The notes beneath the pieces were generated by a model. The model had not been told where the DNA came from. It saw nothing but the letters and a program-made list of their open reading frames with translations, and ran no database searches. This document shows positions 40,801 to 50,119 of a stretch of DNA of 64,000 bases, one piece after another. The position numbers and the translations under genes were made by a program. The DNA is from Tubiluchus corallicola (Eukaryota > Animalia > Priapulida), in the NCBI GenBank assembly GCA_030141605.1, contig JAQGDQ010000360.1:62001-126000 (forward strand), read 5' to 3'. How positions within the stretch are numbered: position 1 is the first letter of the stretch; every line of letters starts with the position of its first letter.

Positions 40801-43800
40801 AAAAGCTTTACATTACCGCCACAGGTGGCGCCTCGTACACGAATTTGTAAACAGGATTAACAAAAAATAGCTACGTCTGCTGCAGATTTGATTAGATGTA
40901 TTAATTATTAACACGAAGTTCACTGTTTTGTTATATCAGTAGATATTCCTTTAAGTGAAATTATAGTAAACGAAGTACAAACGATGCTCTATAGTAAGAA
41001 GATTAGTGTAATGTGATTCTATGTGCTTAATTACAATGTTTCAGGTACGTGCCCAACCCGTATCTCATCGATGGTTACAAGTTTCACCTAAGAATAAATG
41101 TTTATGTTGCGTCTCTTGAGCCGTTGAGAATATACATAGACCCTCTCGCAGGACGAGCCAGATTTGCCGTTAAAAAGTAAAATTATTACAGGCACTTACC
41201 GTGTGCTATGTGTGTTCATTTGTTTTTTTACTTTTTAATTCAGCCTCTTCATACTTTCTGTACTCTTTATTTTACTGACACCTTTGTTTTATGTGTAGTT
41301 TCATCTGTAATTTTTGTTGTTGTATCTTTCTGTGCAGCTGATAAAATACAAAAAGATGAAAACTTCTGATGAAAAAATGAAGATTTTTTTTCTTTGATGA
41401 GCAGTAATATGATTTTATGTAGTATAACTGATACAGACATTTGTTACAAGTCATTGTACTTCCAATATTGAAACTCATTTCTAACCTCTTAATTTGTTAT
41501 TTAAACTAACCTGTGCACCTTTTGAACAGTTTTGTTCTATATCTGGCGTATATAGTTTCATTATATACGGTATTACTTTATGTATTACTTTACATATTAA
41601 TTTGAATGTAAAATAATTATATACATATTTATTTACATAAATATTTACATAAATTCTTATTTACATATTATTATCTACATATTACATAAATTTACTTTAC
41701 ATATTAATTTAAATCCAAAATAAAATTAAAATTAAATAAATATGTAGACAAAATATTTATCAAAGAGCCTGTTGAAATTGTAGTTTAAATGGTCTTAATC
41801 TCAACACATGTGCTTTTTTTTGTATTCAACGCAGATACTCAGTTGCAAATTCTAATGACGTAGAAGATACATTTATGCATGTAACAAATGAACATATCAG
41901 TAAACTCAGCCCAGACTATCATCGATGCAGAGCAGCTGAAATGGATTTTTGGTGAGTTTTGAAAAGTCGTATAAAAGGAAGTCACTATCATCCAAACTTT
42001 TAAACACGTATTTCTTTGATCCACGTGTACAACTAATTAATTCTAAACTTGGTTGCGCTGTTCGTGAAAGGCATGCTGATGATATCTGTGTTTTTGACTT
42101 CAACAAGCTCTGCTCTTCACCAGTTAATCCAGATTTATAATGAGTTTGCTAAGAACAACGCCATCGGCGCCATTGGAAAAAAACTATAGTACTTTCTGTT
42201 AAGCCTAATACGATGAGCAAATTACATACAGGTGGTGTAGGCTCAGGTGATACATTACCCCAGTAAGTCACCTGTGAAAGTATCTAGATCCTGCAATTGG
42301 CAATCAGTGAAAAGATGACAAAGAAATCCAGAGACATCAGTCACTTTTTTTACATCAGATCGAACAAGTTGATTCGAACTTTTTCCATCTGTAGCTTCTA
42401 AGTCAAACTAATTTTATTTATGTCTCCATTGTACAAATTTTTATTGCTCAGCACTTTGGCACAACTTTTACTATTATAGCTTCAAATATGTAAAAGTCGT
42501 TTATAATTATTGTACAATATGTAATTTTAATAACTCGCCTAGTTTTTTACAACCTTCCAATTGCTCTGCCAAAAGTGCGTGCTTTAATCTCCCGTTGCCT
42601 TATTTTGATATTATTTTACGGAAAAATATTATAATTTAATGATGCGTCATTTTAAGAGTCATAACAGTTTGAAAATGAAAATTTTCAACAATGATTGTAT
42701 CTTTTTATCTAAAACTCATCGATATTCGATAAATCAGCTATTTTGATAGTCCTAACAGTTTGATAAATGAAAATTTTCAACAATGATTGTGTCTTTCCGC
42801 CTAAAACTCATCGATATTGCATAAATCAGCTATTTTAATAGTCCTAACAGTTTAATAAATGAAAATTTTCAACAATGATTGTATCCTTTCAACTAACATT
42901 CACCGATATTGGATAAATCAGCTATTTTAATAGTCATAACATTTTGATAAATGAAAATTTTCAACAATGATTGTATCTTTTTATCTAAAATTCAACTATA
43001 TTAAATGAATAAGCTATTTTGATAGTCATAACATTTTGATAAAGAAAATTTTCAACAATGATTGTATCTTTTTATCTAAAACTCATCTATTTTGGATAAA
43101 TCAGCTATTTTGATAGTCATAACAGTTTGATAAATGAAAATTTTCAACAATAATTGTATCTTTTCATCTAAAACTCATCGATATTGGATAAATCAGCTAT
43201 TTTAATAGTCATAACATTTTGATCAATGAAAATTTTTAGCAATGATTGTATCTTTTCATCTAAAACTCATCGATATTGGATAAATCAGCTATTTACAGAA
43301 AAAATCTCTTAATTTTTAATCTTTAAAATTGTACGCTTATTTTGCCAATCTTTTTAACTGTAAATGATTTATGGTATACTCTATGTGTGTGTCTGATGTG
43401 GTAGCTATTGTACATATGTAGTAGTTTTCATTGAATAGAGTGCATCTTATCTTATTTTTTGTTTTTAATTATTATTAATTATTATTTATTATTACCTTTT
43501 ATTTTAATGAAATCACTTTTTGCCTCAAGATCTGTCTGGGCGTGAAGCCTAGCAAGGTGGTTGCAGCAGTGGGCAATCACACCCCCCCCCAGAAAGCAAG
43601 GGTGAGGGGGCGCAAAATTCTTCTAGAGTTCAATGACTGTCGTGTATTAAATAGGGATCCGGAATTAACAAAACAGTTAATAAAAGTTTTCAAACAACAA
43701 CAAAATTGTCTAGTCACAGCCCATCGTAGCTGGCCTAATTAATTACTATATACACCCTGTAAATGCTTTCTGTAAATGCCAATTGTACTATTTTGAAAAC

Positions 43801-46124
43801 CTGTAGTGTTCTGTATCTTTCATAATCTTTGCATGTTTTAATGATAGAGCTGAATGTTTAACGACTGTCGTGTTACAAGGAAAGAATTCACCTACAAACA
43901 AATGATTAAAATGGTAGGGTGCCAGAAGTTTCTTGCCCAACTTGATACATTGCCACTAGTCTGGGCATTATTTCAAAATTCATATTAGGTATTTAATTTA
44001 TGTAACAAAAACAGTTTTTGTATAGCTAATTTGTCTATTCAAACTTTTTCATAGGGTTTTACCAAAGTTTCAATATTACCTTGAGAAGAAAGGTATTAAT
44101 TTCACTGTCATCTGGGAAGAGATTCAGGCAATAATCATTAAACACCTGATAAGGTATCTAGAGAACTTGCTGGTTGTGAGTGGAAAATGGCTTTCATTTC
44201 TTTCAGAAAACGCCAAAGTGGAATTTGATTACACAAAAGTGTGCTTGCAAACCAAAACCATCCATAAGTCGGCATAATTAAAACTACGTTATAATGCTTC
44301 AAAGTAGAAAGCACCAAAAATTTGGTCACATGTCGTTCTATATTTTTTCTTGTGAAATCAAATGCTAAATATGTTGGACTTTTATATTCTAGCATCAAAT
44401 TAAAGTGTCCAAAAAACACTAAAAATTTAATTTTACAACTCATCACCCACTTTTCTGTCTAGAAACTAGGACTGTATTTGTAAAAAAACTTGTATTTTCT
44501 AACTCCGATTGTAGCTCGTGGAAGCAGCCATTTAGCTTCCTGTTTTTCCGGTTTTTCTGTTGACAAAACCATATCTTCGTCAGGAAGAGCAATCAACTGG
44601 ATTAAATATAAGTTCAATTTGCACTTGTCCACACTTTCGTGCGGTTACTAAGTGTTTTTTATAGACGCGACAAGAAACAATGGCTGACTTTAACATTGAT
44701 TTTGTCAATGATATGTTTTTCAGTGCATAGCCTGCATCTCAAATTTAACGTGGATTATCTTAACTTAGATATACTTGGTATCAAAGTGATCCTCATGAAA
44801 TGGAGATTCAGGATATAGGAATAACTAGTAAAGCTTAAGTGCCGACTTATGGAAGATTTTGCTATGCAAGTACACAAATTATGCAAGTTATTCTTGGCAT
44901 AAATTATGTTGTCCTGATCACATTTGTGTTAACATTATGCCACTTCATCTATTATGTTTCATATTTAAATTGTATAAATCAAGGCTGGCTCTAGGTAACT
45001 TGATGCCTTCGGTAAAAGTGTTTCAGTGGTCAACTTTTCAACGGTCTCCAATTCCCCACATACTCTCGTGTGACCAAATGCAAAATACATTTTTGTATGC
45101 AATGAAGTTTATTGGTACCTGCGTGTTAGACCTATAGACGTGTTATAGTGTGCTAATTAGCTGAAGCTAAGTACCTGGCCTGCAGCCCCAGTTTAAACAC
45201 TAGTATTAAATATTTACAGGCATATTATGTTTCGATAGGATCTTTGTACTGCGGTACTCGAATTTGACATTGATTAAAACGAATTTGAGGCTCTAATTAG
45301 CAATTATGAATGTCTTTTTCAAAATAAACAATTTCAACTTCGATTAAACAAACTCAATTTCGGAATAACCAACATCATTTTCGGAATAAACAAGTTCAAA
45401 TTCGCTATATATTATTGCTTCATTACTATTAACTCAGTCACAGGCATATGATGTTTCGACGATGTTTCGATAGGATCTTTGTACTGCAGTAATCTAAACC
45501 GGAATAATCAACATCAAATTCGTTTTAACTAATGTCAGATTCATATGCTGCAGTACAAAGATCCTATCGAAACATAACATGCCTGGGATTGAATCAATAG
45601 CAATGAATCATTAATATACAGCGAATTTGAAATTGTTTGTTCCGAAAATAATGTTGGTTATTTCGAAAGTGAATTTGTTTAATCGAATTTGAAATTGTTT
45701 TATTCTCAAAATGACATCATAATTACGAATTAGAGTTTGATAGTTCCAAGTCTGTCGTTATAATGTTGTAAAGGTACAGTTTATTTTATTAATTCCAGTA
45801 GTGAAGCAGTGCTGTACAATATGATGACGTCAAATGCGAAATCTTCTTATTGTTGCCATGAGATGTACGGTTATGACATGATAATGGACGACAACCTGAA
45901 ATTATGGCTTTTGGAAGTTAACGAATTTCCTGAGTAAGGACATGTCACGTGGGTTAAACTGGATGAAGGTGTAGCCTGAAATCACAAGATTCTGAGTTCG
46001 AATGCTGCTCGTTATTAACGAAGCTTATAATTCTTAGCACTTTCGTCCTTTCATTAATTAACTGTTAGGTTATTTGTTGACTACATAATTATAAAGCATG
46101 CACTTATCAAGCCTGCTTTACTGT

Positions 46125-46173
<49 letters not shown>

Positions 46174-47722
46174 AAAACGTCATAATTACATAATAAATGA
46201 TAATGTTGCTGGGATTTTTTCAGTATAGGATATGATGAGGGTCGTGAAATGGTGCAAGATTACCTTAATTTAGCTGGATATCGTGTTCCAAAAAAGTCGA
46301 TTCTACTGCAGCCATCATCATCATTTCCAGTGACAAATAAAAGGCAGATGTCTTTTCTTTTTCGTTTTTCCTCTTTTCTTTCTTTTGTCTTTTCTTTCTA
46401 TTACATACAGTTACTAATGCTGTTTTTGATATGCCGTTTTAGTACTTTAAAAAATAAAAACATTTGACTCTCATAATAACTGATTTCAATTATTATGAGA
46501 CTAAATGATATAATGCACTAAAACAGCATATCAAAAACAGCATTAGCAACTGTATGTAACATAAATGTTTTATATATATATTTGTGTGCATGCATATACG
46601 TACACACATACATACATACATACACACATACATACATACATGTATATATATTATCTATATTTGCTCATGAATTCCGGAATTACGTGGTCCATACAAAAAT
46701 AAAAGGAACGCTGTAAAATATTTAAAATAAAAATATATTATCTAATTTTGTATCTAATTTTTAGAGCTACATTGAAATATCCAGAAGATTTAGTTGGACC
46801 TCGCATAGCACAGTTTCTATGTGAATCAGACCTGTTGCCATTCGAGAAAGAAAAACGGACATACTTCACCACTAATGCAACAGAAGAGGCAAGATGAAAT
46901 AAAAGCTTGATTCTAATAGAATAACAACTTATAGCTTCCATAGTAAAAAACTTTTAATGTGCTGATTATAAAAGAAATGATAATGTTAAGAAAATGAGAA
47001 TAATAATGATTATTATGATAATAACCATAATGATAATAACATTAATAAGAACAACATAATGCATGATGATGATGATGATGATCATGACAACAATGATGAC
47101 GATGCCAACATTGATGAAGACAAGAACAACAACAACAACTACTACTACTACAACAGCAACAGCAGCAAAAACAACAACAATAAATGTCTTAAGCTAAAAG
47201 CAATTCCAAATAAGAAAACATGTAACAAATGCCCCTTGCTCTTTTATGACTGATATTGTTACTAAAATGATAAATAAACAATCCATGACAACTGTACATT
47301 AAAATTTAATGTGCGCGTCTTGTTTCAAACGTCTTATATAACTACTCTCCAATCCTCGTTTAGCGAGAATCTTATTCCTAGCGTCTCTAGACATAACAAT
47401 AAATTTAATTAACTGAAATGTGTATTATTATTTTTGCAGGAAATTTTAGCTCATATTCTTGATGATTTAACACCAGCTGATGTACGTGAACTAGTAGAAG
47501 CAGAAGACGAGCATCACCGACGTGGAAGCTTCCAGAGAATCTTTCCTAGTCCATCGTCCCACAAATATTTTAAATATTTTGAGAAAAGACGTTATAGTAA
47601 CTTGTTACTAGATGCTTGGACGAGGAGGTACCATAATGATCAGGAGCAAGGTAACATTTGTGTTAAACATTCATTCAGTTTTAATGTTGTTGTTGTTGTT
47701 ATTATTATTATTATCATTGTTG

Positions 47723-47820
<98 letters not shown>

Positions 47821-47940
47821 ATTATTATTATCACTATTGTTATTATTATTATGACACTTTTAATTTTTCTTTTTTTAGGCTGGCTTGTGCTGGAAGAACT
47901 TTGTAAACAAAAATTGCATTTACAAACAAATACAGCGTAG
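31761..47940 (+). CDS. TTLL4: TTLL4-like ATP-grasp amino-acid ligase (tubulin glutamylase family) with N-terminal signal peptide; 14 exons, 1716 nt, 571 aa
   Basis: Manual splice model join(31761-31827,33531-33698,34615-34734,35630-35712,38974-39171,39966-40045,41045-41176,41835-41951,44055-44153,45799-45933,46224-46343,46765-46888,47440-47650,47879-47940). All phases match with no internal stop. Collinear with TTLL4 motifs: PALIPSLFTNV, LRW, NQLPGS..RKDRFW, FVPQTFLLP, WIYKP.SSGRGKG, QRY..PYLI.G.KF.LR, FMHVTN, CHEMYGYD, WLLEVN, LNLAGY, ILDDLTPADVRELVEAEDE..RRG.F.RIFPS. Confidence 0.88.
32150..32550 (-). mobile_element. Degenerate LINE ORF2 C-terminal remnant
   Basis: SFNVDNSLIIMFYKTIISSVLNY resembles the L2/Rex1 RT thumb region. 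Confidence 0.5.
32555..33132 (+). mobile_element. Kolobok-like MITE family A copy, inserted into a LINE remnant
   Basis: TTAA|AGGAAGACAGG...GGCT|TTAA. Confidence 0.7.
33531..33698 (+). CDS. TTLL4: TTLL4-like exon 2 (EYDGRVW...PALIPSLFTNVAPVINFG)
   Basis: ttttcag acceptor, G|GTATGA donor; matches TTLL4 PALIYSLFPNVPPTIYFG. Confidence 0.85.
33870..34484 (+). mobile_element. Kolobok-like MITE family A (other copies about 1-395, 18183-18825, 19865-20240 reversed, 32555-33132, 33330-33455 reversed, 63295-63885)
   Basis: TTAA flanks with purine-start/CT-end termini; dispersed homologous copies in the window. Confidence 0.72.
34615..34734 (+). CDS. TTLL4: TTLL4-like exon 3 (VGELPSFVRKKLRWRFS...NSNFHLT)
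   Basis: ttgcag / A|GTAAGT; matches TTLL4 VEKLP...LRWKMS...SHF. Confidence 0.85.
35630..35712 (+). CDS. TTLL4: TTLL4-like exon 4 (AGKSWLVYSC...QKYKK)
   Basis: ttttccag / AAA|GTAAGT; phases 1 and 0 fit the neighbouring exons. Confidence 0.82.
36030..38152 (+). mobile_element. Degenerate L2/CR1-group LINE 3' end with an internal 38-bp minisatellite (36215-37850)
   Basis: Translation LFKSYCCNVYCMSLWTNY...NKLRTAY...RKLL*LKYDCSASGMCVN...; AATAAG + (GAATT)n tail. Confidence 0.75.
38443..38831. mobile_element. MITE family C, about 390 bp (copies 783-1183, 3802-4190, partial 10690-10978)
   Basis: TIR AATAAGCCTTTTCACAGTT...AACTGTGAAAAGGCTTATT; superfamily uncertain (Harbinger/ISL2EU-like). Confidence 0.8.
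38974..39171 (+). CDS. TTLL4: TTLL4-like exon 5 (FNQLPGS...RKDRFW...WIYKP)
   Basis: ttttag / CCG|GTAAGA; start of TTL domain. Confidence 0.92.
39966..40045 (+). CDS. TTLL4: TTLL4-like exon 6 (VSSGRGKGVKVI...IIQR)
   Basis: ttgtag / AG|GTTTGC; ATP-grasp glycine loop. Confidence 0.9.
41045..41176 (+). CDS. TTLL4: TTLL4-like exon 7 (YVPNPYLIDGYKFHLRINV...RFAVKK)
   Basis: tttcag / AA|GTAAAA; KFxLR motif. Confidence 0.92.
41835..41951 (+). CDS. TTLL4: TTLL4-like exon 8 (YSVAN...FMHVTNEHISK...DFW)
   Basis: acgcag / TG|GTGAGT; HxTN motif. Confidence 0.9.
42655..43295. repeat. About 92-bp tandem repeat (7 units) in TTLL intron 8
   Basis: ATAACAGTTTGATAAATGAAAATTTTCAACAATGATTGTATC... period 91-92. 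Confidence 0.92.
44055..44153 (+). CDS. TTLL4: TTLL4-like exon 9 (VLPKFQYYLEKKGINFTVIWEEIQAIIIKHLIS)
   Basis: ttcatag / AG|GTATCT; matches YL..KG.N...IWE.I....K.IIS. Confidence 0.9.
45292..45735. repeat. About 440-bp imperfect foldback in TTLL intron 9
   Basis: 45292-45490 is the reverse complement of 45548-45735; a third copy of the core lies at 45218. Confidence 0.8.
45799..45933 (+). CDS. TTLL4: TTLL4-like exon 10 (SEAVL...CHEMYGYDMIMDDNLKLWLLEVNEFP)
   Basis: ttccag / GA|GTAAGG; metal-binding D and EVN motif. Confidence 0.93.
46224..46343 (+). CDS. TTLL4: TTLL4-like exon 11 (IGYDEGREMVQDYLNLAGYRVP...)
   Basis: ttttcag acceptor; donor is either GC at 46344 or a weak GT at 46350 (same phase). 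Confidence 0.8.
46765..46888 (+). CDS. TTLL4: TTLL4-like exon 12 (ATLKYPEDL...EKEKRTYFTTNATEE)
   Basis: ttttag acceptor, GAG|GCAAGA donor; open frame with phases 2 and 0 fitting both neighbours. Confidence 0.72.
47440..47650 (+). CDS. TTLL4: TTLL4-like exon 13 (EILAHILDDLTPADVRELVEAEDE...RRYHNDQEQ)
   Basis: ttttgcag / AAG|GTAACA; conserved TTLL4/5 C-terminal region. Confidence 0.92.
47879..47940 (+). CDS. TTLL4: TTLL4-like exon 14, terminal (GWLVLEELCKQKLHLQTNTA*)
   Basis: polypyrimidine tract + tag acceptor, TAG stop, two AATAAA about 40-50 nt downstream. Confidence 0.85.
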
Positions 47941-49193
47941 CAATAATAGAATTATAAAATCATTCTGTTTTTATTTTAATAAAATTGAATAAAATTATTT
48001 AAAGAAAGCAAAAAGAAAAATGGATGTACCTGAATAGCATGTGCTTGTAACTTCTTATGCAGTCAATTATAGTCTTTCTTTAACTTATTGTATTTCAAAC
48101 CAGTGATGTTTAGCTACAATTTTGTTTCTTTGATGTTCTTACTTTGGTACATGCTGTTATTTTATCTACTATATTCGGCTGTTGGGGTCTGCTAAGGCGA
48201 AAGCTACTAAATAAATATTATAATCTTTGGGGCTATAATGGGCATTACGTTTTTTCTGCCAAATATAACTTGTATATTTTTAATAACCTGAAATCTGGGC
48301 ACTACAGAGCTATGGTAGAATTCTTCAACTATAGATATGGTACGCGATCTTCTGCAATATCCGTAGAAAATTATATTAACCTTTCTAAAGCCATTTTGGG
48401 TAAATGTACATATGTTCTTAGTTGCCATGTTTTAAATATTGGTAATCGTTTCTCAGAATATTTAATCCACCACACTGATGTTTTTATATGCTCTAGAATT
48501 TTTGTTCATCGGAGTTCTCTTAATTTTGTGTCCATTCAGTTAAATATTTGTAATTACTTTCTTTTTCTAATCTCCGTAAATGGTTTGTTTTCGTAAATGA
48601 CTGTATTTTTATGGTTTGAAACATGTAACGTCTACAGGCTGAAGTAAATTATAAAATAAAATTACATTAATTTGTGAAATTTGAAAATAAAATTTGACTT
48701 TTCATGAACTTTCGTAATATTCAAAGTGTTGTGATTAGAGTTGTTCAAAACAATTTACTATAATTTCATTTATTTTGTAAGCAAGTTTGAAAAAAAGAAT
48801 TTTTTAAGTTGTTTATGACGAGTGCTTCTTGCACTTTAATGATGGACGCCTGTAAAACACATATGTTTTAAAATGACACTAAGACCTTTAACCCCAAATG
48901 ATGACATGTTACCGTTTTTAAAAGTTTGAACGACGGAGCATTATTTGAAGAAATGACCTTAAAATTTCCTACATTAATGTTTTCTTTTGTTTAATTCCAT
49001 TGATTGCTCTGTTTTTGTTTGCAATTAGGTGACTTTGGAATTGTCTGATTCGCTGTAACGTTTGTTTAAACCAGCTAATCAAATCTTTCTTTTATCAAGT
49101 AGATGCCATATACATTTGGTGTAAGCCTCCTCAATGCTGCAAGTTTTGAACTAATTTATTGAAGTATAATTTATATTATTAAACATCTCTAAG

Positions 49194-49240
49194 GATGGAA
49201 AGAGTTAGAAGAACTTTGTAAAAGGAAACTGCACCTCTAA
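49194..49240 (+). CDS. Diverged duplicate of the TTLL4-like terminal exon (GWKELEELCKRKLHL*): alternative last exon or paralog remnant
   Basis: aag acceptor in the same phase; 11 of 15 aa identical to exon 14; homologous TAG retained at 49253-49255. Confidence 0.6.
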
Positions 49241-49569
49241 ATAAACATTTCGTAGCATACGGAAAATCCAGCTTTCAAGTTTTTCTTCAGTGAAAAATAA
49301 TCTGTAAATAATTATGTTTTATCTGTATCCAAAATTTGGCTCATTTTACGTTATACGCTATTATATTATATTGGCTATTACGTAGACTGTAGTATTTTGA
49401 TATCTTGTTCTTTTTGCAATTTGATTGTGTTTTTGGTGTAATGAAACAACTGTACAATTCTGCGGTTGTTAGTAAATTACTAATGTCTAAATACGTCTAA
49501 TCTGCCATATTTTACTGTCATTATACGTTCGTTCGTGTTTGCATATCGTATCTAAAATAATGACTAGTC

Positions 49570-49607
<38 letters not shown>

Positions 49608-50055
49608 GTAGTAGGGGTAGATTATATATATATATATATATAATTAGCATTTCTTTTTCTTAACGAAGCTGGAATCGCGGAGGAAAACAAATTCTAGTCA
49701 CTTCTGATATTGACGACGAAAGTCAGTTTTGAACCTGCTTCGTTCTCCCACCTGAAAAAAAATGCAAGATGATAAATAAAAGTTCCATCAAACACGCTTT
49801 CACCGCATGGCGTTTCACCCATCCGTCTAATTCACACTTTTGCCGTCAGGACAGCACTATAGATAACAGGTAAAACATGTAAGAATAACAGATAACAGCT
49901 ACAGATAACAGGTAACAATTCGGAGACAAAGTTCAAGTTTTTCGAATTTTGGGCAAAATTCAGAATCCAGTCTAATCTCTTCCATATTTACATAAATCAA
50001 TAAAAACAGTTTCACTTTGTTTTCGACAATGGAAGTACATATTGTTATTACTGCT

Positions 50056-50088
<33 letters not shown>

Positions 50089-50119
50089 GTTATTCTTATT
50101 ATTATGATTATTAACATTA

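Noticed and set aside
40619-40862. Possible reverse solo LTR (also about 30040-30740)
   Set aside because: No target-site duplication and weak terminal repeats
47434-47940. Single 168-aa membrane protein from the ORF track
   Set aside because: It is TTLL exons 13 and 14 plus a read-through microsatellite intron
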